64,000 nucleotides of DNA, taken from Rubripirellula sp. GTDB taxonomy: Bacteria > Planctomycetota > Planctomycetia > Pirellulales > Pirellulaceae. Under the pieces are notes generated by a model. That model saw only the letters and a program-made list of their open reading frames with translations. It was not told the origin of the DNA and searched no databases. A program made the translations under genes and the position numbers. The stretch's first letter is position 1. Each line of letters opens with the position of its first letter. The stretch is from NCBI GenBank assembly GCA_965216875.1, contig OZ244207.1, positions 3,520,001 through 3,584,000 of the forward strand, given 5' to 3'. This document shows, in pieces, positions 29,543-37,974 of this stretch.

Positions 29543-30982
29543 CTACGAGGTTGCTGCGACAGGCATGTCGGCGACTTGGTACGCTCGCGAGCGGAACAGG
29601 AAGTCGATGATGTTGCCTTCGTGCGGCTGCAACCAATTCAATCGATTGGTTGGAATGGGTCCAATGTTTAATCGATCGATCTCAATGCACGCACCGGCTG
29701 CATCGATCAACGATTGATCTTGCGTCAGCACCGTGCCCACCAAGGTCGGGCCGATACGCCGCAACATCTCGGCTTGCGGGCACTCGACGACACTGACAAA
29801 TGGGAACATGTATTCTTTCGATGCCACTTGGCGATCGGGCGAATCGGCATGAACCACCATTGGCCGCAAGTACGCACAATGCTCGCGTTCGATCAGCTTT
29901 TCGCCGTACTCGGCCGTCATGTCGGTCACTCCAGCTTCAGCCAAATCCTGCTGGACCATGGCGTGAGTTCCCGTGGCCATCGCTGGAACGGTGAACGCAG
30001 CAAGCTGAGCTTCCGGATCACTCGGCGGCGTGACATCGACAGGACCAATTTTTTCGGCAATCGCCTGGGCGATCTCGCGTGTGTGTCGGCTTGCCCAGAT
30101 GCCGCTGCAGTTGATGCAACTGCGTCCCGAGTTGGACAGAACACTCTCGACCATCAAGTCGAGGTAGTCTTGCCAATCGTCGACGATGTCGTCGCCGAGA
30201 AGGATTTTTGAAAAGCCGGGGCCGTGAGCCTGGACCTTGGGGTTGCCAGCGTGTTGGGCAACCGTTTGAGCACTGCCAAAGATCATGCTTCGCGACGCCT
30301 TGGTCATGATCGCGCCACCGGCATCGTGGCCACCTGGATAAAGCCCAAAGGCTTCGGCGGGAATGCCCGCTTCGATGAAGGCCGAAACCATGCGGTAGGG
30401 CGTCCAAGGTTCTTGCGAACCGGGCTTGAGTGCCAAGCCGACTTGCAATGGAATCGCTGGCAGCCAAAGCGTGTGCACGCCGGGTGAGTTGTTCGGCAGC
30501 ACTGCGCCCAGGATTGGCGTTTGACACTGGTAGCTGACAATGACGCCGCGACCTTCTTCACCAAATCCCCGTGAGAGGATCGAGAGGTCTAGGCCGCGAG
30601 TTAGACACTCGAGAATCTGATCGATGTTACTAAGAACAAAACTGTTCTTGGCCATGTTCGAGCGGCACATGTGCTCGGGCAAGCCGGTGCTAGCCGATTG
30701 CTGGTGCACAAAGTCATCGACCGATTGAATCGAATCACCGACCTTCAAATCCGACGACTCGAACAGGACGGCCGCGCGTTTGCAACGTTCGACAAGTTCG
30801 TCGACCGACAATTGCAGCAAAGCATCGCGTGCCGACTGAGCCTTTCGCATGTCGCGACCCACGATGCCACCACCAACCGAGCCGACCTTTGCAATCGGCT
30901 CGCCAGTGTCAAAGTGAACAACGTCATTAACCTCAAGCGACTCGTACGGCTTGCCCCAACGTAGCGGACTAAGAGTGATCAT
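29543..30982 (-). CDS. Aldehyde dehydrogenase / acyl-reductase-like protein (EhpG-like)
   Basis: PNNSPG, LKPG, HGPGFSK, NSGRSCINCS (catalytic Cys) and EYMFPF motifs. Confidence 0.75.
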   Translation of the reverse strand: MITLSPLRWGKPYESLEVNDVVHFDTGEPIAKVGSVGGGIVGRDMRKAQSARDALLQLSVDELVERCKRAAVLFESSDLKVGDSIQSVDDFVHQQSASTGLPEHMCRSNMAKNSFVLSNIDQILECLTRGLDLSILSRGFGEEGRGVIVSYQCQTPILGAVLPNNSPGVHTLWLPAIPLQVGLALKPGSQEPWTPYRMVSAFIEAGIPAEAFGLYPGGHDAGGAIMTKASRSMIFGSAQTVAQHAGNPKVQAHGPGFSKILLGDDIVDDWQDYLDLMVESVLSNSGRSCINCSGIWASRHTREIAQAIAEKIGPVDVTPPSDPEAQLAAFTVPAMATGTHAMVQQDLAEAGVTDMTAEYGEKLIEREHCAYLRPMVVHADSPDRQVASKEYMFPFVSVVECPQAEMLRRIGPTLVGTVLTQDQSLIDAAGACIEIDRLNIGPIPTNRLNWLQPHEGNIIDFLFRSRAYQVADMPVAATS

Positions 30983-31054
30983 ATTTCTTGAACGATTTAT
31001 CTTCGGGATGATTGTGTTGATGTGCCAGTAAGAACGCGAGCGTGGCCACTCGGC

Positions 31055-32188
31055 CTAGTAAACACCGACCGTGGTGGCACTCGCTAACTCGTGGAAGGGT
31101 CGAACACCGCTGACACCATCCCAGGGATAGGTATCGAAGGGGGCTTCGCGTTCACCTTCATCACGTTCCATGAATCCAGGCACAAAGAACTCGTCGGTCA
31201 ACGTGTAAAGTTTGACGCGTCCTGTTTCGCCGTAGCCAACGACTTGGTTGTAGTCATCGAACGAAACCACTTCCGTTGCGGCACGCGGCTGCGGCGCGTA
31301 GTAGCTGATCTTGTAACCATCCGCCGCGTTGATCGGCTTGCTGCAAGCGAGCCCCATGAGTGTGTTGCCGTAGGTTGGCGTCATGTAAACACCGCTCTCT
31401 TCGACAGGCCCACCGAGCAATTCGTCGACACAAAACCGAGTCCACTGGGGCGTGAATTCGGTACCACCTGAAAAGATACCGGTGATGCCAACTTCGGCGA
31501 TGCTCGTGCCGCGTTCTTCCAACGCTTCGCCAAGCGACTCAATCAACTTTGGCGTACCGAACATGCACTTGATGTCGTGGCCCGCGGTCAGCACGGTGAC
31601 CGCTTGGTCGATGCAGTGCTTTTTGTACTCTTCGAGATGTTCCATCCATCCCTTCTTGATCAACTTCACGACCCAGCGGGGGTCGAGATCGATACAGAAG
31701 CAGATGCCGTCTCGATGCTGGGCCAAATGTTCGACGGCCAACCGCAAACGCCGAGGGCCACTTGGGCCAAGCATCAACCAGTTGGCGCCGCGCGGAAAGT
31801 ACTGGTCAGGCAAGGTATCGCTGAACAGCTCGTAGTCCTTCCAATGGTCTTCGATCACGACCCGACTTTTGGGAACGCCCGTGGTGCCCCCGGTTTCGAA
31901 CACGTAGGTCGGCTTGCCGGCATGCCCCTTGGGAACCCAACGGCGAACAGGACCGCCGCGCAACCAATCGTCTTCAAAGAGTGGAAACTTCTTCAAGTCA
32001 TCGAAACTCTTGACATCCGTGAGCGGATCAAAATTCAGCTCGCTTTTCTTTTCCAACCAAAAGGGGCTGCCCGTCTCTTCGCTAAAGTGCCAGTGCACGG
32101 TTTTCAACGTGTGCTCGTTCAACTGGTCGCGTGCTGCGGCGGCCTGCTTGGCGACATCTTCTCCGATGGGGCTGTCGGCCGTGCTCAT
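31055..32188 (-). CDS. Adenylate-forming (ANL-like) enzyme resembling EhpF
   Basis: WHFSEETGSPFWL, ETGGTTGVPK P-loop, IDLDPRWV, GGTE, YG, ERD and terminal GVY. Confidence 0.75.
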   Translation of the reverse strand: MSTADSPIGEDVAKQAAAARDQLNEHTLKTVHWHFSEETGSPFWLEKKSELNFDPLTDVKSFDDLKKFPLFEDDWLRGGPVRRWVPKGHAGKPTYVFETGGTTGVPKSRVVIEDHWKDYELFSDTLPDQYFPRGANWLMLGPSGPRRLRLAVEHLAQHRDGICFCIDLDPRWVVKLIKKGWMEHLEEYKKHCIDQAVTVLTAGHDIKCMFGTPKLIESLGEALEERGTSIAEVGITGIFSGGTEFTPQWTRFCVDELLGGPVEESGVYMTPTYGNTLMGLACSKPINAADGYKISYYAPQPRAATEVVSFDDYNQVVGYGETGRVKLYTLTDEFFVPGFMERDEGEREAPFDTYPWDGVSGVRPFHELASATTVGVY

Positions 32189-32527
32189 CTTCTTTTTCTG
32201 CCTGAAGTAACTGGGGTGGGAAAGGGCTGTCCAATCGGACCTTCGACGGACGAAGTACACCGATCTTGTCGGGATGGTCGGTCATGATATCACGATCATG
32301 GTTGCTGGCGACGACCAACCCGAAACAATGCTGTCAGGTCATTATCCGACGCAGTAAACACCGGTCGAATCGTTTCGGCCTGCATTGCCCCTACTGCGCC
32401 AAGTTGCCCAATCGATACGACTTGGCGTTTTGCAGCGTTTTGCGCATTCGGTCGGATGCGCACCAAAAAACGCCGTGGCAAAATACCACGGCGTCGATGG
32501 GTCAAAATTGGTCTGCTGAAGGCAAGA

Positions 32528-33682
32528 TCAGGGGGTCGCCAAGCTTGCGACTGGTGGGACTGCGATATTGTCTCTCGATCCATTGGAGGCCGCAGCAGCG
32601 ATACCAGCGATCGCGGCAACACCCGCTGCTGGTCCCAAGCCGCCCGATCCACCACCGCCGCCGCCGCCACCTGCGACTCCACCGCCACCGGTGCCACCAC
32701 CAGCAACAGGAGTTCCGAGGCCTTCCTCAGGAACTTCTTCAATGGGGTTTCCGTCCTCATCAAGCATGGACGAATCTTCTTCCTCGTCTTCGTCTTCGTC
32801 TTCTTCCTCACTCTCTTCTTCCTCGAGCACTTCTTCGATCTCTTCGGCGCTCAAAGGAATGACTTCCAATTCAAGTGCTGCATCAGCGGCCTCGTCTTGG
32901 ACGGCAACGAGAGTTCGCTCGCCGTTGCTGACCGAAGTCAACGCCGATTCAGAAAGCTCGAATCCAACAGCAGCCAAACCTTGCTGCCCAACGGACACTA
33001 CCGAATAAACACCCGGCTCGAGCCCGCGGAAGTTGTATGTACCCGACGCATCGCTGACACCCCGAGCAACCAGCTTGCGGTTGTTGAACAAGAAAACGTT
33101 CATGTCCGAGGCGGGCTGGCTCGTCACCGAGCTCATCTGAACCGCAACATGGCCGCTTGAATGCGGAACGCTGATTTTGACGTTGCTAACGCGACTGACG
33201 TGCTTGACCAAGACTTGCTCGTCGGCCGTCAGGTTGTCTCGCGTTTGATCGAATGCGAGGTAAGGAGTGATCGTCGACTTGAATTGACGACCTCCGACCA
33301 AGGCACAGGTGATCTCGGCCGAATCGGGGCAGCTTGACGAATCGTCCTGAGCAAGGACGTGCATCGCGTAGCATGCGAATAGACCGTCCGCTTTCGCGGT
33401 CATCGCATACACGCCCGGCATCACATCGTTGATCTTCACGTCACCGTGCAGGTCGGTCTTTCCTTGAAAGGTCAGCCCCTGCTTGCCGTGAAGCGTCACC
33501 TTCGTGTTCGGGACAACCGTGGCACCACCGCGAAATGGCATCACAACCCGAGCTTTGAACTCGCCAGGGGTGGATGGCATCACGCATTGAGCCACAACCA
33601 TTTGGGTGTCAGCCGCGTCTGTGTTGACCGCACCCAATCCTGCCAGTGCTAGCAGGAGTGTCGCAACAAGTAGTCTCATCAT
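32528..33682 (-). CDS. Secreted protein with two carboxypeptidase-regulatory/prealbumin-like domains and an acidic, Gly-rich tail
   Basis: Signal peptide; TDLHG..PGVY and SDASG..PGVY repeats; poly-E/D and poly-G C-terminus. Confidence 0.7.
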   Translation of the reverse strand: MMRLLVATLLLALAGLGAVNTDAADTQMVVAQCVMPSTPGEFKARVVMPFRGGATVVPNTKVTLHGKQGLTFQGKTDLHGDVKINDVMPGVYAMTAKADGLFACYAMHVLAQDDSSSCPDSAEITCALVGGRQFKSTITPYLAFDQTRDNLTADEQVLVKHVSRVSNVKISVPHSSGHVAVQMSSVTSQPASDMNVFLFNNRKLVARGVSDASGTYNFRGLEPGVYSVVSVGQQGLAAVGFELSESALTSVSNGERTLVAVQDEAADAALELEVIPLSAEEIEEVLEEEESEEEDEDEDEEEDSSMLDEDGNPIEEVPEEGLGTPVAGGGTGGGGVAGGGGGGGGSGGLGPAAGVAAIAGIAAAASNGSRDNIAVPPVASLATP

Positions 33683-33988
33683 GTTCCTCGACAGAATCGC
33701 GTCCCAAGGACGCCACCGGCAGAGATCGCCTGTCAAAATAGGTAAACGTTTGCTTGATAGTAGGTAAACAAGGTGGCAGTATCAACGGGCTGACCGGTGT
33801 TTCTAGCCAAACCGGAACAATCACCACCTCAAAACCCCCTCCGCGGAAGTACACGCAGGCGGTGTACACAAACCCAACAAAAACCCCGAGCCCCGGTTGG
33901 CCGAGCGATCTTCTGGCCATTGTCTGGCGTAGTGACTAGCAATCGCGACTTGGAAACGGAATCCAAGCACTCCTCTCGGAAACATTCC

Positions 33989-34342
33989 ATGGTCAACCCC
34001 TTCCAAGCCCCGCCCTCGGTCAACGAAGAAGCTGTCGTCTTTGGCGAAGCCGTTCGAAAACGGGGCGGACTGTTGCATCGTGAAATCGAATTCCGTCAGC
34101 CGGTTGCCGCCAGACTGGTGTACGACGGAAAGTGGTTTCGTCAGAAGATCGAAATCGATGGCCACGTCGTTTGGTACAGGATCAGCTGGCTGACGATTCA
34201 CCGAACGGCCAAGTTCAAGCTTCCTGGTGCCGCCTCGGCCGATCCGGACGCAAGAATGGAAGTCGATTTCACGAAAGGGCTCGGTATCCGCCGTTTTCGA
34301 GTTTGGATGAACGACGAGCTGGCCTACGACGAAATCAATTAG
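33989..34342 (+). CDS. Hypothetical protein
   Basis: MVNPFQAPP N-terminal motif; 117 aa. Confidence 0.6.
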   Translation: MVNPFQAPPSVNEEAVVFGEAVRKRGGLLHREIEFRQPVAARLVYDGKWFRQKIEIDGHVVWYRISWLTIHRTAKFKLPGAASADPDARMEVDFTKGLGIRRFRVWMNDELAYDEIN

Positions 34343-34374
34343 GCGCCGCAGCGCATTTTTGGAACGTGAGGATT

Positions 34375-34568
34375 CCGTAGCTATCTTCGCCAGAAGGTGG
34401 TCGCGGTGGTGAGAGGCGCGAGAGAAGACTCCGCCTGAAGGCGGTACTACGAACTTGGCTACCGAAGAAAGCCCGGCCGCTTACGCGATCACGGCTCAGA
34501 GGTGAGCGGCTAGGCGCGCGGGAAGATTCCTTCTGAAGGCGGTACTACGAACATAGCCCGACGCTAAC
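34375..34568. repeat. REP mosaic
   Basis: gtagctatcttcgccagaaggtgg; ctgaaggcggtactacgaac x2; cccggccgcttacgcg. Confidence 0.8.
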
Positions 34569-35179
34569 TACCGCGTTTGGCTCACTTCGAGCACCACTCC
34601 GGCCGGGCCACAATTCTGAACTCGGCTCGGGCCGACCGACACTTGCTTTCCCCAGTCATCATGGATGTGACCACAGATGACGAGTTCTGGTTTCTTGGTT
34701 TCGACCGTCGATCGAATCGCTTGGCTTCCCCGCACGCGTCCCGAAGCGTCATGGTCGACCGTATCGATTGGAGGCGAATGAACGACCAGCACGCCACCGT
34801 CCCCGCATCCTTCTAACATCGCCGCGGCTTGTTGTTCATCAAAGTCGTAGCTCCAGTCACCAAAGGGCGTCACCGGTATTCCTCCACCGACGCCCCAAAA
34901 CGAGACACCGTCGAGTTCACATCCGTCACCGTGCAACACGGTCGCGGTCGCCCAAACTTTGGCTGCCTCTTTGAGCTCTTCGGCCGATTCGCCATTGCCC
35001 GGAACAAGCACGGCAGGTTTGTTGATCGCGGCCAGGATATCGAGCGTGTCCGCCAAGCCTGATCGCCGTATCGCAAAATCACCAGCACCGACCACCACGT
35101 CGACATCGGCCGCAAGCTCAACAAGTTTCTCAGCCGCCGATTTGTCGCAATGCAAATCACTAAAACAAAGTAGACGCAC
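34568..35179 (-). CDS. Icc-like metallophosphoesterase
   Basis: SDLH, GD, PGNGE, HSPP and GHIH motifs; GTG start. Confidence 0.85.
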   Translation of the reverse strand: MRLLCFSDLHCDKSAAEKLVELAADVDVVVGAGDFAIRRSGLADTLDILAAINKPAVLVPGNGESAEELKEAAKVWATATVLHGDGCELDGVSFWGVGGGIPVTPFGDWSYDFDEQQAAAMLEGCGDGGVLVVHSPPIDTVDHDASGRVRGSQAIRSTVETKKPELVICGHIHDDWGKQVSVGPSRVQNCGPAGVVLEVSQTR

Positions 35180-35399
35180 GCCAAAGATCCTTTTGCGCGA
35201 TTCGAACAACCAAAGAGAACGACCGGTAATTTAATGGAATGCGCGTCCGCTTCCCACGGTCGACTCGGTCAAGAAGAGGTGCTTTTGCGCCGATGCCGAA
35301 ACGCGTTGGGCAATGGTTTGCTTGGCGGGTGCCAATCCCCTACCTTTGAAGGAGGCATTCGGCGAACTCTCTTCGCCCGACACTTGTCATAGCGATCAG

Positions 35400-36032
35400 A
35401 TGAACGTCGAATCAACCACACCGCTAGCCGACTTTACACAGTTGCTTCTGGAGGAAGGACGTGCGTTGACTCGTGGTGACCTTCACCTGGAGCGGGCGTC
35501 CGAGGCGGATCGCGAAGCAACGGCAATGTTCCTGGTGACTGCAAACGAGCAAGCCGTCTGGGACGCGCCGTTTGCACCACCCAGCTTCAATGTCGAGGTC
35601 GCGGTGTGGAGCGCCGAGGCGTTTGCGTGGGCGTGTGGCATGCTGATCGATCGCGCGGAAACCGACACCGCCGTCCCCGACTGGCTCGCGAAAAAGGTGC
35701 CGCAACCCAATGATCCTTCCCATCATTGGTCGGTCGACCTGGTGTTTCGATTCGGTCGAGATCTTTTCCAGCGTTCAGCGCGACTGGCTGAAGAGGACGC
35801 GTTCCACAAACACCTTTCAGATCTGCTGTCAGCGTGGCCCCTGGCTTGTGTCGGAACGCCGATCGAGAACCCAAACGCGAGCATTGGTGTCCTTACACAG
35901 CATCCCTGCTTGCGAACCCTTTTCATCGAGCGGATCGTTCTCGTCCATGATTCGGAGCGAGCGGCAATCGAACAACTTGCCGACGAGTTTTCGATGCTCA
36001 TTGGCGCCCATCCAGAGCTAGGCATCCAGTAG
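35400..36032 (+). CDS. Putative bpX4-like component of a MoxR-vWA-beta-propeller system
   Basis: HWSVDLVFRF, WPLACVG and HPCLRTLFIERI motifs recalled from this family; directly upstream of the MoxR ATPase. Confidence 0.6.
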   Translation: MNVESTTPLADFTQLLLEEGRALTRGDLHLERASEADREATAMFLVTANEQAVWDAPFAPPSFNVEVAVWSAEAFAWACGMLIDRAETDTAVPDWLAKKVPQPNDPSHHWSVDLVFRFGRDLFQRSARLAEEDAFHKHLSDLLSAWPLACVGTPIENPNASIGVLTQHPCLRTLFIERIVLVHDSERAAIEQLADEFSMLIGAHPELGIQ

Positions 36033-36056
36033 CAAGCCGCAACAAGGAGATCACTG

Positions 36057-37217
36057 TTGAGCGAACCCGCGAACCAAACCCCCGAACTTGGCACGCTCGC
36101 ATCTCGGCTACGCGCAAGTGTCTTGGAACCCATCAAACAATCGCTCGTCGGCAAAGACGAGATCGTCGAAGTCCTCGGGGTCGCACTCGCGGCTGGCGAG
36201 AACGCGTTTTTGTTAGGTCCTCCCGGAACCGGAAAAAGCGCACTGGTTCAGGAACTTGCCGCCCGGCTTTCGGGACGTTCGTTCGACTACCTGCTCACCC
36301 GGTTCACCGAACCAAGTGAACTCTTCGGTCCGTTCGACTTGAGGCGGTTGAAAGACGGCGACCTCGTGACCAACACCGAAGGAATGCTCCCGGAAGCGGA
36401 CTTCGTCTTCCTTGACGAATTGCTCAACGCCAATAGTGCCATCTTGAATAGCCTGCTTTTGGCATTGAACGAACGGATCTTTCGGCGCGGTCGCGAAACG
36501 GTTGCCTTACCGATGCTTTTAGCAGTCGGTGCCAGCAATCGGTTGCCCGATGATGATGCGCTCGAGGCGTTGTTTGACCGATTCCTTTTGCGCGTCGTTT
36601 GCGACAATGTGGAAGACGATGGATTGCAGTCTGTTTTGGAAGCAGGCTGGCGGCGCGAGCAAAAGGGAACGATTGATTCGACCATGAGCATCGACGATGT
36701 TCGATCACTCACGCGTCAAACCGGCACGGTCAACCTGACCCCGGTTGGCCCTGCCTACTTGCAGCTCATTCGACAGCTGCGCAAGGCGGGCATGCCGATC
36801 AGCGATCGCCGAGCGGTGAGGTTGCAACGCGTCGTCGCCGCAAGCGCCGTGCTTTGCGGCCGCAGCGTCGCCGACGTTTCCGACCTTTGGATTCTGCGCT
36901 ACATCTGGGACACCCCAGCTCAATCGGAAATGCTTGCCGCCCAGGTTGCGTCAGTGACCGACCAATTCGCCGATTCGGTCGAAACCAAAGAGCAGCAGCG
37001 CCACCCCCTTTGCGACCATCGCGCCGGTGCCGATCCTGAACGCCTCTCTCAAGCAATCGACGCCGTGTTGGAGGAATCGAATCCGGCCGCCGCGTCCGAC
37101 CAACTGTGCTTGCTTGCGGCGCGGATCGAGTGGGTTGAACAAGAACAGAAGCGAGAACACTTGCGCGAACGTATCGAACAAGCTCGCCGCTCGCTGGCCA
37201 AAGACGGTGTCGCGTAG
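36057..37217 (+). CDS. MoxR/RavA-like AAA+ ATPase
   Basis: Walker A GPPGTGKS, LLTRFTEPSELFGP, Walker B FLDE, ASN, ALFDRF and SDRR motifs. Confidence 0.92.
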   Translation: MSEPANQTPELGTLASRLRASVLEPIKQSLVGKDEIVEVLGVALAAGENAFLLGPPGTGKSALVQELAARLSGRSFDYLLTRFTEPSELFGPFDLRRLKDGDLVTNTEGMLPEADFVFLDELLNANSAILNSLLLALNERIFRRGRETVALPMLLAVGASNRLPDDDALEALFDRFLLRVVCDNVEDDGLQSVLEAGWRREQKGTIDSTMSIDDVRSLTRQTGTVNLTPVGPAYLQLIRQLRKAGMPISDRRAVRLQRVVAASAVLCGRSVADVSDLWILRYIWDTPAQSEMLAAQVASVTDQFADSVETKEQQRHPLCDHRAGADPERLSQAIDAVLEESNPAAASDQLCLLAARIEWVEQEQKREHLRERIEQARRSLAKDGVA

Positions 37218-37229
37218 GCGAGTCGAGAG

Positions 37230-37973
37230 ATGAACGTTTGGCTTCAACTCGAACCACATGTCACGCCCCAGGACCTGACTTTGTTGTTGTCCACCTCGGC
37301 CGAGTTTGCGGTGGACGATGCAGGTGATCGCTGGGTCCGCGCAACCGCGACCACCGACAACGCCGCATCGCTGCTGAGTCAGATTCCGGGCACGCGTTAC
37401 CGTTGCGACGGCCAATGGTTGATCCAATGGGGTTCGTCGGTGGCAACCCAACGCGTACCGAACAGCCTTAATTGGCAGCCGTTGTCGAAGGTGTTTTCCG
37501 TTCAGTTTCCACCAGCGGCAATGGCGGGATCGTCGTCAACGTTGCCGAAGCAGACGTTGACACTTCGTCGTGGCGGCCAGCCCCAACAACCTGCCGCGGC
37601 AATTGTCGATGTCGCGTTGCTCAAAGCTTGGTGTGACCGAACAAGTAACCTTCGTCTGCGTCGTCTGCGGTGGGCGCTGCGTGAAAGTGAAGGGTTTGCT
37701 GACGAAGGCTTGGTCATGGGATGGCCACTCCCCAACCTCTTACCAGCCAAGTTTTTGTGTGCTCAAAAGCGTGTCCTGATCCCGTCCGGTTTCGAGTGGT
37801 TCCCCAAGCTCGATGCCGACGACGTCCTCGATCTCTTTCAAGTGCCCGAACACTGTTGGTTGGTTTGGGAACGACCACAGCAATGGAGCATCGTTGCCGA
37901 CGATGCGTTGGTTGCGCTGCGGCGAAGCAGCATTCGCAAAGTCTGTAGTGAGCAATCGGTCCAGACCGAATAG
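37230..37973 (+). CDS. Putative bpX2-like component
   Basis: Operon position; RLRRLRW, GWPLP, LIPSG and terminal LRRSSIR motifs. Confidence 0.55.
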   Translation: MNVWLQLEPHVTPQDLTLLLSTSAEFAVDDAGDRWVRATATTDNAASLLSQIPGTRYRCDGQWLIQWGSSVATQRVPNSLNWQPLSKVFSVQFPPAAMAGSSSTLPKQTLTLRRGGQPQQPAAAIVDVALLKAWCDRTSNLRLRRLRWALRESEGFADEGLVMGWPLPNLLPAKFLCAQKRVLIPSGFEWFPKLDADDVLDLFQVPEHCWLVWERPQQWSIVADDALVALRRSSIRKVCSEQSVQTE

Positions 37974-37974
37974 C

